Below are positions 9,243-18,407 of a DNA stretch of 64,000 bases, piece after piece (the stretch's first letter is position 1; each line of letters begins with the position of its first letter). Below the pieces are notes generated by a model. That model was not told where the DNA came from. It saw only the letters and a list, made by a program, of their open reading frames with translations, and did not search any database. Origin of the DNA: Deferribacterales bacterium (lineage in GTDB: Bacteria; Chrysiogenota; Deferribacteres; Deferribacterales; Geovibrionaceae). The stretch is taken from positions 8,462 to 72,461 of the forward strand of contig JBFWJG010000004.1 of the NCBI GenBank assembly GCA_050253335.1. The letters are read 5' to 3'. The translations under genes were made by a program, and so were the position numbers.

Positions 9243-10229
9243 ATGCTTCAGTTTGACATAAACAGCTTTTTTTCAAGGGATTCTCTCATAAGAACCCTCA
9301 CGGACATGCCGGAGCTTAAATCTCCCGTGCTTGATTCGGTTTACAGAACGGAGAAGAGGAGGAACCACCCTCTTCCCACGGTTGCGGTGAGCGACCTCCA
9401 GCAGCCCATAACAAATATAGCCATCAGCAGAAGAGGCTCCGCGCCCACGCCCCTTTACGGCGACACAGGGCAGATAACCCACATAGAACCCCAGCCGTTC
9501 AGACCTTCGGAGAGGCTTAACGGCGTTGAGGTGAATAACTTCAAGCTCCTTGACAGGACAGGGGTTCAGCTTCTCATCAATAACAAGATAGACAGACTCA
9601 GAAGAGTTGTGCGCGCCTCCACGGAGGCACTGGCGGCTCAGAGCCTCACAGGGAAAATAAGCTACCCGATGATTATGGACGGCGGCTACGGCACATACGA
9701 AGTGGACTTCGGCTCCACTCTTTCCTACTCGCCTTCGGTTCTCTGGGATGATTCTCAGGTTGCGATAGACGACATCCTCGAAACCCTCATCGAAATGGAA
9801 GCGGACATTCAGGAAACAAGCAGATACGGCGAAGGCGTTAAGTTCTGGGCAGGCAAAAAAGCGTTTATGGCGCTTTCCAAACTTGTTCAGGCTTTTGAGG
9901 GGAAAAGCGTGATCGCTTCCATGGATGAAAAATCGATCCTCGTAGGCGGCTACAGAATCGAACTGATGAACTCCGCCTACATCGACCCCGCAACGGGCAG
10001 CCCCGTTAAGGTGGTGGAGGATGGAAAGCTTCTCGCTGTTGCGGCGGACGCGCCCTTCGAACTCATTTACGCTGTGCTGGACGATCTGGACAGCAACCTT
10101 GTCTCCATGCCCTTTTTCGTGAAGCCCGTGGAGGACAAACGCACATCCTCAATCGAGCTTGTGGCGGAGAGCAAACCCCTCCCCGTGCCTTACACAAGGG
10201 CGATCAACTGGGCAACGGTAACGGAATAG
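9243..10229 (+). CDS. Major capsid protein (lambda gpE-like, HK97 fold)
   Basis: 328 aa; RRGS.P, TEALAAQSLTGKI.YP, YEVDFG, W, C-terminal ESKPLPVP typical of Phage_cap_E proteins; TAAGGAGG RBS. Confidence 0.85.
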   Translation: MLQFDINSFFSRDSLIRTLTDMPELKSPVLDSVYRTEKRRNHPLPTVAVSDLQQPITNIAISRRGSAPTPLYGDTGQITHIEPQPFRPSERLNGVEVNNFKLLDRTGVQLLINNKIDRLRRVVRASTEALAAQSLTGKISYPMIMDGGYGTYEVDFGSTLSYSPSVLWDDSQVAIDDILETLIEMEADIQETSRYGEGVKFWAGKKAFMALSKLVQAFEGKSVIASMDEKSILVGGYRIELMNSAYIDPATGSPVKVVEDGKLLAVAADAPFELIYAVLDDLDSNLVSMPFFVKPVEDKRTSSIELVAESKPLPVPYTRAINWATVTE

Positions 10230-10233
10230 CGCC

Positions 10234-10578
10234 ATGGAACTTACGGTTGACGAACTGAAACAGCATATTCAGCCGGAGGACTTTGACGCTATAACAGGCG
10301 GGGATGACGCAGTGGCCGAAACCTTTCTGGAAAACGGAAGGGAAAGGGTTAAGGGGATAATCGCGGGCTACGGTGTGGATTTTGACGAATCCGACTCCGT
10401 GATACGCCTCGCCGTGGTGAAGGCCGCGCTGAGCGAGCTTTACTCGTATTCGGCGGACTGGGTGACGGCGGAGCATTACCGTGATGAGGCTGTTCTTGTG
10501 CTCAGGCCTCTTTCTCCCGCTGTTTATCCGGACGCGGCTTCGGTTAACGGGGCAGAAAGCTGGAAAGGTTTTGACTGA
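10234..10578 (+). CDS. Head-tail connector (Mu gp36/DUF1320-like)
   Basis: 114 aa helical protein right after capsid; LTVDEL..I..E.F..IT, A..ELY, Y.DEA...L pattern. Confidence 0.65.
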   Translation: MELTVDELKQHIQPEDFDAITGGDDAVAETFLENGRERVKGIIAGYGVDFDESDSVIRLAVVKAALSELYSYSADWVTAEHYRDEAVLVLRPLSPAVYPDAASVNGAESWKGFD

Positions 10579-10600
10579 TAAAGGAAAAGGTTGAGGAACT

Positions 10601-10981
10601 ATGGTTTATGAAACGGCACGGATGATAGCGGAGCTTCTGGAGGCTGAAGGAATATTCAGGCATGTGTTTGTTCACGGCGGGCCGCCCGATAAGGCGGCGG
10701 AGGAAATCCTGAGGGAACCGGGGGCCGTCGTGGTTTACACGGGGGAGGAGGGGCAGCCTTCGGGAAGCGCGTTCAGGCGTGAACCGGTCTTCTCCGTGGT
10801 TCTGAAGACCTCCGCCCAGAGCAGGGGGGAGATTCCTGTGAAGACCGCTGGCGATGCCCTTGACGGGGTTTTCAGCGCTTTGCGGGGGCTCTCCCCTGCT
10901 TCATGGCGGGTTTCAGGCCTCTCCTCCGGCAGGGGAGGCAATTTCTACAGAATAGACCTCAGACTGAGACTAAAGGAATAA
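10601..10981 (+). CDS. Putative tail terminator/completion protein (Mu gp37-like)
   Basis: Size, position after connector, P.AVVVY.G and C-terminal Y.I.L.L strand pattern. Confidence 0.45.
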   Translation: MVYETARMIAELLEAEGIFRHVFVHGGPPDKAAEEILREPGAVVVYTGEEGQPSGSAFRREPVFSVVLKTSAQSRGEIPVKTAGDALDGVFSALRGLSPASWRVSGLSSGRGGNFYRIDLRLRLKE

Positions 10982-10985
10982 GAAA

Positions 10986-11642
10986 ATGGCGATTGTTCTG
11001 AAAAATACCAATTTCGCGGTGAGCACTCTGGCATATGAGCTGGATCAGGCGGGTCAGCCCGCCCAGCTCACACTCACCGATTACACGGACTTTTCGCAGG
11101 CAGGCAGATTCAAAGTGGTGATTTGGGGCGGAGGTTTTGCTTCTCCTCTGGATGATCCTCAGCGGGAGATTGCTGAACTTGTTCCCGCGGGTATTCCCGG
11201 ATTTGAGAACACATTTAACTGCTACGGCGGCAAAGAGGGGACGGAAAAGAGAAACTGGCCTGCGGGCAGCCGTATAGCTCATGTGATTACCGCAGGAAAA
11301 CTGAACGAGCTTGAGGCTGAGATAGGGCTCAAGGCGGATGCGGCGGATACTGAGCGCATCGGCACGGTGAGCGTTAAATCCGCCGACTGCTCAATGACCG
11401 GAGCGGAAAGAGCCGTGATGGTGAATGCCGGAGTATCTGACATAAGAATAACCCTGCCCTCTCCGGCCGAAAATGCCGGACGTGTTTTTATAATAAAGCG
11501 CATTGACGCGGGCGTTGCGGCGGTGCGGGTGTCCGCCGGTTCGGGTGAGCTGATAGACACACAGAGTGCTGATATTCTGCTCTCCGCCCAGTGGGACAGG
11601 GTGCAGATAATCTCAGACGGCACAGACTGGTACACGGTTTAG
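10986..11642 (+). CDS. Phage fibre/appendage-like protein
   Basis: N-terminal N.A.STLA..L.. R.WPAGSRI...ITAG.L anchoring module and C-terminal ITLP.P....GR..IIKRID..L..QW..V.IISDG..WY domain seen in virion fibres. Confidence 0.55.
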   Translation: MAIVLKNTNFAVSTLAYELDQAGQPAQLTLTDYTDFSQAGRFKVVIWGGGFASPLDDPQREIAELVPAGIPGFENTFNCYGGKEGTEKRNWPAGSRIAHVITAGKLNELEAEIGLKADAADTERIGTVSVKSADCSMTGAERAVMVNAGVSDIRITLPSPAENAGRVFIIKRIDAGVAAVRVSAGSGELIDTQSADILLSAQWDRVQIISDGTDWYTV

Positions 11643-11651
11643 GGGGCGGGG

Positions 11652-12026
11652 ATGGTTTATCTGTGCGGCATACACCTTGAGGGGATGGTTTGGACAAATG
11701 AGTTTTCGGCGGGGCTTCCCGCCGCCGTTTCTGTTCCGTGCGCGGACGGAACATCGGCAGTATTCACTGAGACCGCAGGGAGCTTCGGCATAGATCTCGA
11801 ATCCGCGGAGGATGACGGATGGCTCAGTCCGGCTGAGGCTCAGCAGCTCAAGGAAGCGGCATCAGACGCGGGCGCTGTTTATCTGTTTTCTCACAGAGGC
11901 AGGGAGTTCAGAGTCCGCTTCCGCCATGAGGACGCGCCCGCTCTGGAACTGAGGCCCGTCCGCCCCGCAGACGGCTGCGGGGAGAATGACTGCTTTTACG
12001 GAAAAATAAGGCTGAAAACAGTTTAG
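11652..12026 (+). CDS. Putative distal-tail/tail-tip protein
   Basis: 124 aa, W.NEF..., GWL....L, V.FRH...P....PV motif like small siphophage tail-tip proteins; position. Confidence 0.5.
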   Translation: MVYLCGIHLEGMVWTNEFSAGLPAAVSVPCADGTSAVFTETAGSFGIDLESAEDDGWLSPAEAQQLKEAASDAGAVYLFSHRGREFRVRFRHEDAPALELRPVRPADGCGENDCFYGKIRLKTV

Positions 12027-12034
12027 GGGGAAAT

Positions 12035-12994
12035 ATGCAGACCGGAGACATAAAGTTCTACCGCTCAAAAACCGTCACGGACACGGCGGAAAACGGCGGG
12101 CATATGGATATATCAAGGGAGATTGTGAGCGGGGTGAAGTTTAATCTTTTTCCAAGAGTGACCGCCTTTGAGCGCACGAACGGAAAAACACGCCTGCGCA
12201 AGGCCTACATCGCCAACAGGGCGGCAGGGGCGGAACCCGCTTTTGACGCGGCTGTGGCGCTCACAGTGCCCAGCACCGGAGGGGACAGGTTTTACATAAA
12301 GACAGCCCAGAACCATGCGGAGACCGAAGGGGAGCTCACCGCAGAAGGCTGGACAGGCGGCGGAAGGCTGTATGCGGACATCACAGCGGGGGATGCTTCC
12401 GTTCAGGTACTTTTCGAGCACAGCGACTACGCGGTGCCCGCGGGCGCGCTTCTCATGGTCAAGGCGGATTCGGGAAATATGTTCACCGCAAGGATTACAG
12501 GGGCTGACTGGACAGGGAATGTGGCTCTGATAGGGCTTGCCTCTCAGGCTCCGGATAACTTTGCCGCATCGGAAACCCACGCGGGAATATGCGTTGAGCT
12601 TGGGAATCTGGAAGCAAAGGCGGAGAACATAAGCGCAGTTTCAGCAGGCGGAACCTTCGCCTCCGAGGGGATATCGGTGTCCAACTGCGGCGCGGCTGAG
12701 GATGAATGGACTATAACCTTTGTTTCATCATCGGCGTTTAATGTGGCTGGAGCACAGGCAGGGAGTCTGCCTTCCGGAAGCATAACGGCAAATTATCAGC
12801 CTATGAACGCGGCTTCGGGCGATTTTTATTTTTCAATAGCTCACCAGAGCTGGGGCGGTTCGTGGCAGGCGGGGGACAGGCTCACCTTCAGCACCCGCGC
12901 CTCGGCGAAGGGTTTCTGGCTGAAAGAGATTGTGCCCGCCGGAACGGAACGTGAGGCGGATAACTTCATCCGCCTTGACTGGATAACGGACTAG
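12035..12994 (+). CDS. Conserved phage tail-tip structural protein
   Basis: N-terminal DIKFY.S..VTD...NGG.M...IVSGV..NLFP.V...ER..G..RLRK and WGGSW.AGD.L.F.T motifs recalled from siphophage tail assembly proteins. Confidence 0.6.
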   Translation: MQTGDIKFYRSKTVTDTAENGGHMDISREIVSGVKFNLFPRVTAFERTNGKTRLRKAYIANRAAGAEPAFDAAVALTVPSTGGDRFYIKTAQNHAETEGELTAEGWTGGGRLYADITAGDASVQVLFEHSDYAVPAGALLMVKADSGNMFTARITGADWTGNVALIGLASQAPDNFAASETHAGICVELGNLEAKAENISAVSAGGTFASEGISVSNCGAAEDEWTITFVSSSAFNVAGAQAGSLPSGSITANYQPMNAASGDFYFSIAHQSWGGSWQAGDRLTFSTRASAKGFWLKEIVPAGTEREADNFIRLDWITD

Positions 12995-12997
12995 TCC

Positions 12998-14668
12998 ATG
13001 TACAGGACTGCGGGAGCCTTTGTTCCCGGAACAGACGGCTTTTCATCATCCGGCCTGAGCTTAAACGGTGCGCTTTATCTGCGGTTTCCCACAGGATGCG
13101 GGTCATCGTCAGAGCTGAAAGGGGCTTTGTCCTCCGGCGGTTTGTCCGAGCTGGCACAGCCTGCCGGACTGGACGATTGCTGTTATGTAACAAGTTCATA
13201 CAGCGCAGAGCTGAAAGGCGGGATCATCTTTTCCGGCGCAGTGACTGACGCTGCTGAGGGAAACCTGAAAGCAGAAAGCGCTGTTTCACTGGGAGGCTCT
13301 CTGGAAGCTTGTTTGAGTATTTCCGGCGGGCTTTCTGGACAGATTAAAGGCGCAAACACGATAGGCGACTCTGCCCTTTGCGGCATGGTGTCCCTGAGGG
13401 GTGAGATCTCCTTAAACTCCCTTTGCGGTTCGCTTTTTCTCAAATCATCAGTAGATGATGACATCGGCATAATTCAGTGTTCGTTCCGCTTTCTGCTGAA
13501 CGGAAAGGATCTTACAGGCAAACTCGTAAGTGCCGTGATCGGTTTTTACGGCAAAGACCCTTTCGCATCTTTCAGCGCCGTTGTCACGGAACCTGCGGAA
13601 AAGGGATCAGGAGCGGAATTTGTCATAGAGGGCTCTTCATACTTTTTTGTGATCGAAAAAATAAAGAGAGCCGGACACACGTTGAAAATCAGCGGGCGCG
13701 CCGCCAAGGTTATGGATGAACCGCCCTATGGGGGCAGGAGATCGGTTTTCATGGCTGATACATCCGCATCTGCTCTGGCAGGGAGCGCTGTCTGGAGTGT
13801 GCCGGATTTCTCTGTTCCTCTGGTAAGGGGCAGTTTCTCAGAATCCGAGCTTCTGCGGGCGCTTGCTGATGAATGCGGAGCATCGGTGCGCATAGGCGCG
13901 GACGGACTTACCCGCGTTGTCAATCCGTATTCGGCGGAAAACAGCCTTAGTCCCGGCACATTTTTTGAGGCGGTGAGAACCTGCGAACAGCCGAAATACG
14001 GCGGAATCAGGGTGGTGTCGGGCTTATCTGCTGATCCTGTGATAGAGCCTGATGCGAAGAAGACAGCCCGCGGGAATTTCGTCACCGTATCGGTTTATGC
14101 CAACGGGGATGTGAAGATAAGTACCGATGCCGCCTTTTTTAAGCCGGACGGGCTGAGGGTTATCGAAAAGGAAGAGAAGATCCGTTTTTCAGACGGTGCG
14201 GGCAAGGCTTCCTATCCTGTTCTCAGGCTCCTGAGCGGAGCGGACGCGGCGGAAGGGCGCAGTGTTTATGTGCGTGAGGGGGGCAGTTTCGTCAGGAATG
14301 TCAGGTATGAAACCATCCGGCGTGACTGCCTGCTTTACGAAGAGGTAGAAAAAGATGCGGTTCTGCGTGCCGAAGCGGTGAAAACCGTTTTTTGCGCAGG
14401 TTCCGGCACGGCGGTAAAGGAGTTCCGGCAGAAGCTGACAGGTGATCCGCTTGCTGCGGCAGCAAGGGCGCAGAATCTTAAACGCGGTCTCTGCGGCGGG
14501 GTTTATCTGGAAGTTGCACACCTTTTCAGTCCGGAGGCGGCTTCGGGGGATGCGCTTCTGATGCGTACATCCGCAGGCGAAGGGTACTGTGTTTCCTCAT
14601 CAGTTGAGATAACATCCGCCCCGCTGAAAATAATCCAGAAAACAAAGCTTTACCTGAGGGAGGAATAA
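12998..14668 (+). CDS. Phage tail/baseplate hub-like protein
   Basis: 556 aa; Gly/Ser-rich N-terminus, central ISGR and ELLRALA...GA....ADG..RV hub-like segment; C-terminal domain shared with the next two genes. Confidence 0.5.
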   Translation: MYRTAGAFVPGTDGFSSSGLSLNGALYLRFPTGCGSSSELKGALSSGGLSELAQPAGLDDCCYVTSSYSAELKGGIIFSGAVTDAAEGNLKAESAVSLGGSLEACLSISGGLSGQIKGANTIGDSALCGMVSLRGEISLNSLCGSLFLKSSVDDDIGIIQCSFRFLLNGKDLTGKLVSAVIGFYGKDPFASFSAVVTEPAEKGSGAEFVIEGSSYFFVIEKIKRAGHTLKISGRAAKVMDEPPYGGRRSVFMADTSASALAGSAVWSVPDFSVPLVRGSFSESELLRALADECGASVRIGADGLTRVVNPYSAENSLSPGTFFEAVRTCEQPKYGGIRVVSGLSADPVIEPDAKKTARGNFVTVSVYANGDVKISTDAAFFKPDGLRVIEKEEKIRFSDGAGKASYPVLRLLSGADAAEGRSVYVREGGSFVRNVRYETIRRDCLLYEEVEKDAVLRAEAVKTVFCAGSGTAVKEFRQKLTGDPLAAAARAQNLKRGLCGGVYLEVAHLFSPEAASGDALLMRTSAGEGYCVSSSVEITSAPLKIIQKTKLYLREE

Positions 14669-15172
14669 ATGGCTGAGGTAACAGTTAGTTTTGTAACGCC
14701 CGCAAAAAGCGGGGAGAAGACGGTAATAGAGCTGGATGAAGATATGAATCTCGATTCCTCAGGCAGTGCGAAGAAATTTTTCCGCTACGGCGAAACGGCA
14801 TATTTCAGGGCTTACGCCCCTTTGCCCGCTTCCCTGAGGGCTGTCTCATCCGACGGAAGCATCACTGAACACGGACTGGGCACTGCGACAATAAGCGGCG
14901 AGTTCATTCCCTTCACCGAATCAGCCGAGGCAGGGGCGAAATATCCCGTAAGGGAAATTGTCTCCTCCGTGTGGCTTGGGAGATCCCTCGGCAATGTAAA
15001 GAAAAGCGGCGCTTACTCTGTTTCATGCGAAATTGAGCCGGATGCCGCAGGTGAAAGCGGAGTGGGGCTTCTTGAACTTACATATTCATCAGGCTTTAAA
15101 AGGTTCGGCATAACACTGCCGAAGAAAAGCAGGCCTGAGTGCCCCGTGCTTATTTACGTTTTTCAGGAATAG
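14669..15172 (+). CDS. Phage tail-associated protein (paralogue of next gene)
   Basis: Starts immediately after upstream TAA; GETAYFRAY and EFIPF......KYPV motifs. Confidence 0.55.
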   Translation: MAEVTVSFVTPAKSGEKTVIELDEDMNLDSSGSAKKFFRYGETAYFRAYAPLPASLRAVSSDGSITEHGLGTATISGEFIPFTESAEAGAKYPVREIVSSVWLGRSLGNVKKSGAYSVSCEIEPDAAGESGVGLLELTYSSGFKRFGITLPKKSRPECPVLIYVFQE

Positions 15173-15175
15173 CTT

Positions 15176-15892
15176 ATGGGCTCATTCATTGTCGGCTTCG
15201 GCGCGGAAAAGAAGGAAGGGGAGCTCCTCCTGACAGAAGATCACGAACGGAGCGGAAACAAAAGCCTCTACTCAGCCGGAGAAAAGTCATATGTGCGTAT
15301 ATATCCCGCCGGACTGAATGCGGAGATAACTGTCTCAGGCGGTTCGTGGAGATATTCGGCATACGGTCTCAGCGAAATGCACACGGAGCATATCCCTTTT
15401 GCGGATCAGACCGAAGGCAGGCTGAAATATCCTGTGGTGCGGGTGCTGAATGTTTCCCGCGCGGCGGACGGCTCCTCCCCCTTTGTGGGCGGGCGTTCAG
15501 TGAGGTTCAGAGAAAACAGGCTGGATTCTGTTTCCGTTGAATATGAAACGTCCTATGATCTCATCGAAATCACAGGGTTTTCCGCACGGTACGTGATCCT
15601 GAAAGTCTCCTGCGCCGCTGGAACTGCTTACCTTGAGCTGGACTACACTGGGGAAGAGACTGATCTCTCCTCCCGCATGGTGATACTCACGGCGAGGGAT
15701 GCGGCTTCAAGGGAGATCATCCCCCATGCGCAGGTTTTCATGAACGGTACTTTCAGGGGCGTGACAGACGGCGGAGGAATGCTGAATCTGGGCAGGCTGA
15801 AGAAGGGGCAGTACAGCCTCCTTGTGCGCAAGGACGGCTATCTGGACACTGATAAGGACAACCTCAAAAATGACAGTTTCAGGATCGAATAA
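15176..15892 (+). CDS. Phage tail-associated protein with C-terminal PEGA/carboxypeptidase-regulatory-like domain
   Basis: GEKSYVRIY, EHIPF......KYPV; C-terminal A.VF.NG...GVTD..G.L....L..G.Y.L.V.K.GY. Confidence 0.6.
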   Translation: MGSFIVGFGAEKKEGELLLTEDHERSGNKSLYSAGEKSYVRIYPAGLNAEITVSGGSWRYSAYGLSEMHTEHIPFADQTEGRLKYPVVRVLNVSRAADGSSPFVGGRSVRFRENRLDSVSVEYETSYDLIEITGFSARYVILKVSCAAGTAYLELDYTGEETDLSSRMVILTARDAASREIIPHAQVFMNGTFRGVTDGGGMLNLGRLKKGQYSLLVRKDGYLDTDKDNLKNDSFRIE

Positions 15893-16767
15893 TGGAACTG
15901 AACCTATATCTCAGCAGAGAAAACTGGCGGCCGGAGGGGCTCTGCACCGTAAAAGGGCGGAGCGCGGGGATTGAGTTTGACGATACGGACGGGATTCCGG
16001 GGCTGGTTTTGCCTCTGTTTATGGATGTGTACATGGATCAGGACGGCACAGCCCATGCGGACGCGATGACTGTTCTCCTCTCTGACGGAACGGAGAGCGA
16101 GGAGTTTCTCCTGCATAATCCGCCATGCGCCAAGTCGCCCCTGCGCAAGGGGGCACTGAGCTATTCCGCGGAGGATGGGGAGCTTGTTTTCAGCTTTCCC
16201 CGACTGGCGTTCAGCGGGTTCGGCGGTTATGTGATACGGACGGGCGGCGGCTCTGTCAGCTATCTTACCCCGGGGAGAATAGGGGAGATAATCCGTACTG
16301 TGCCGGAGTATACGGGCTCAAGCCCCGAAAATTTCAGACTGATGTTCAGCGATACGTCAGTTGCTCCGGGGGAAACCGTGTCGGTGATGTTCACCCTTGC
16401 CGGAAGTGCTGAGGAGTTCATGTACCGTTCGTCCGTTTTTGAAACATCAGTGTGGACATCGGCAGTGATTGCCGGATGCGGTCTTTACCGTGACGGAGCC
16501 TTTTATGAAGGCGGGGAAGGAGCAGAGTTTGAGCCGGAAAGGTTTGCCCATTCTGATTTCCGCTGGGCTGTGGAGTTCAGGGGACAGGCTTATGCCCTGA
16601 AAGCGGCGGACTTCACCCGCTTCTTAATCGGCGAGCGGGCGGCAGTTGTTAAAAACGGACTGGACGGAAATGCGCTGACCACGGGCAAGGCTTCTCAGGC
16701 TTCCGCAAGGGATACCCTTGATGAGGATGACATCATAGTTCCGTTCAAATTTTACGGAGGGGCGTGA
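15892..16767 (+). CDS. Phage hypothetical (tail-tip region)
   Basis: TAATG overlap with upstream stop; 291 aa; no firm motif. Confidence 0.5.
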   Translation: MELNLYLSRENWRPEGLCTVKGRSAGIEFDDTDGIPGLVLPLFMDVYMDQDGTAHADAMTVLLSDGTESEEFLLHNPPCAKSPLRKGALSYSAEDGELVFSFPRLAFSGFGGYVIRTGGGSVSYLTPGRIGEIIRTVPEYTGSSPENFRLMFSDTSVAPGETVSVMFTLAGSAEEFMYRSSVFETSVWTSAVIAGCGLYRDGAFYEGGEGAEFEPERFAHSDFRWAVEFRGQAYALKAADFTRFLIGERAAVVKNGLDGNALTTGKASQASARDTLDEDDIIVPFKFYGGA

Positions 16768-17780
16768 TGGAAAAATATCCTCTGCGGAACATAGGTGAGG
16801 CTGTCACAGGCACAGAGTTCAGGAAAGGGGTGATCCTCTCCGTTAATGCGGAGGCGGATAAGGCTGATGTGGATGCGGACTCGGCAGTTTATCAGGGCGT
16901 GCCTCTGTTTTACCGATGCAAGGGGGACGAGGAGGCGCATCCGGACGGCTCGGTTAAGGGCGCCGGCGGGGTGTTCACAGCCGGAGATGAGGTCATAGTC
17001 TGCTTTATCGGCGGTGTGCCTCTGGTTGTGGGCTTCGCAGGCGGGGCAAGACCCTGTTTCACATACAGGGCGGCGTATCACGCTGATGGCGGATGGTACA
17101 TAGCGGGTGACGGGGAGATAGTTCCCGATGAATTTGTCACGGAGGCTGAGTTTGAAGAGCGCTACATAATAGCTGAACCGCTCCCCGACAGCGGCGGCTA
17201 CGGAATCGAATCCGAAAAAATTCAGCAGGATGCGTGTCTGAGCATAACCTCGCACAAATTCAGCCTGAACGGCGGGCTAATTTCGGAGGAGAGCGAATAT
17301 TACGATTTCTGCGTGTTGGACACGTGGGGAGGCTGGTTCACTCTTTTCAGCCAGTCCGCATACGCCGGATTCAGCGCTTGTTTTTATGAACATACCGCTC
17401 AGGCAGTCATAGACGGGGACAGATGGACAGTGGAGCGCTCATACCGTTTCGGTTTCGGTTCGGAATATGACGAAACCGCCCGTTTGCGGGAGGACTGGTT
17501 TGTTTATCCGCTATACAGCGGGGAGAAGATACGCTCATTCGGCGGATTTTACGGCGGGAGGAACAGCGGCGGCGAATTTCTGCTGGCTTCATGCGTAACC
17601 GGAACAGAGACGGAGGACAGCGGATTTGCGGTGTATCTCTTCAACAGGGAGGGTTTGAAAAAGCACATCTTCCCTTGTTCGGCGGGGAATGCGGATCTGG
17701 GCTTGGGTTTTTCGGCGGCGGAAGCGGTTCTGATTAAAGTAAAAAACGGGGGAGGAAATAATGATATGGAAGAATCTTAA
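16764..17780 (+). CDS. Phage protein with N-terminal OB-fold spike-like domain
   Basis: G.I.SVN...DKADV....VPLFY.C....F..GDEVIV.F....P.VVGF pattern resembling gp5/gpV N-domain; aromatic-rich C-terminus. Confidence 0.5.
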   Translation: MMEKYPLRNIGEAVTGTEFRKGVILSVNAEADKADVDADSAVYQGVPLFYRCKGDEEAHPDGSVKGAGGVFTAGDEVIVCFIGGVPLVVGFAGGARPCFTYRAAYHADGGWYIAGDGEIVPDEFVTEAEFEERYIIAEPLPDSGGYGIESEKIQQDACLSITSHKFSLNGGLISEESEYYDFCVLDTWGGWFTLFSQSAYAGFSACFYEHTAQAVIDGDRWTVERSYRFGFGSEYDETARLREDWFVYPLYSGEKIRSFGGFYGGRNSGGEFLLASCVTGTETEDSGFAVYLFNREGLKKHIFPCSAGNADLGLGFSAAEAVLIKVKNGGGNNDMEES

Positions 17781-18189
17781 ATATTTTACCGAGAAGGAGA
17801 AATGGGGAAATGCAGAGAAGATGAACCCTGCGCTGCTCCTGCTCCTTGACAGGCTCAGAGAAAAGGTGGGCAGGCCTTTTGTAATCCATTGCGGCTATGA
17901 GGAAGGGGGGCACGCCTCCGGCAGCAGACACTACAGAGGGGATGCCGTGGATTTTCATATCGAAGGGATGAGGTTTCCGGAGGCCGCGGACAGCCTTCTC
18001 AGAGCACTGCACGAGACTGAACTTCTGGGGCAGGTAAGCGCCGCTTATGTGGGTCTCGGAATTTATCCCGACTGGAACACGCCGGGCTTTCATCTGGATA
18101 TAAGGGGCTATTCCGCCCGCTGGGGAAGAATAGGCGGGGAATATGTGAGTTTTGAAAAAGCGTATAAGCACGCAGGAGGGGTGAAATGA
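17761..18189 (+). CDS. Endolysin, peptidase M15A family
   Basis: M.P.LL..LD.LR...G.P..I.CGY, S.H..G.A.DF and GLGIY....FHLD zinc-peptidase motifs. Confidence 0.85.
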   Translation: MIWKNLKYFTEKEKWGNAEKMNPALLLLLDRLREKVGRPFVIHCGYEEGGHASGSRHYRGDAVDFHIEGMRFPEAADSLLRALHETELLGQVSAAYVGLGIYPDWNTPGFHLDIRGYSARWGRIGGEYVSFEKAYKHAGGVK

Positions 18190-18395
18190 TTTCTATACTG
18201 GTTAAGATGTTCTCGGGCGCGATGCTCGGTGTGGCGAAGGCTTTTCTTACGGAAAAAATAATTACTCTGGTTGTGGTGGAGGTGCTCAAAGAGCTCGCCG
18301 CTTCAACAAAAACGACCATAGACGACCGCATAGTGAGTGAGGTTGCCGCTTCTCTTGGAATGGTGGATCTCTCCGAAATCAAAAAGAAGCTTTAA
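18186..18395 (+). CDS. Putative holin
   Basis: 69 aa, hydrophobic N-half, T.TTIDD.IV motif, basic C-terminus, ATGA overlap with endolysin. Confidence 0.55.
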   Translation: MISILVKMFSGAMLGVAKAFLTEKIITLVVVEVLKELAASTKTTIDDRIVSEVAASLGMVDLSEIKKKL

Positions 18396-18407
18396 GCGGG
18401 GGACAGC

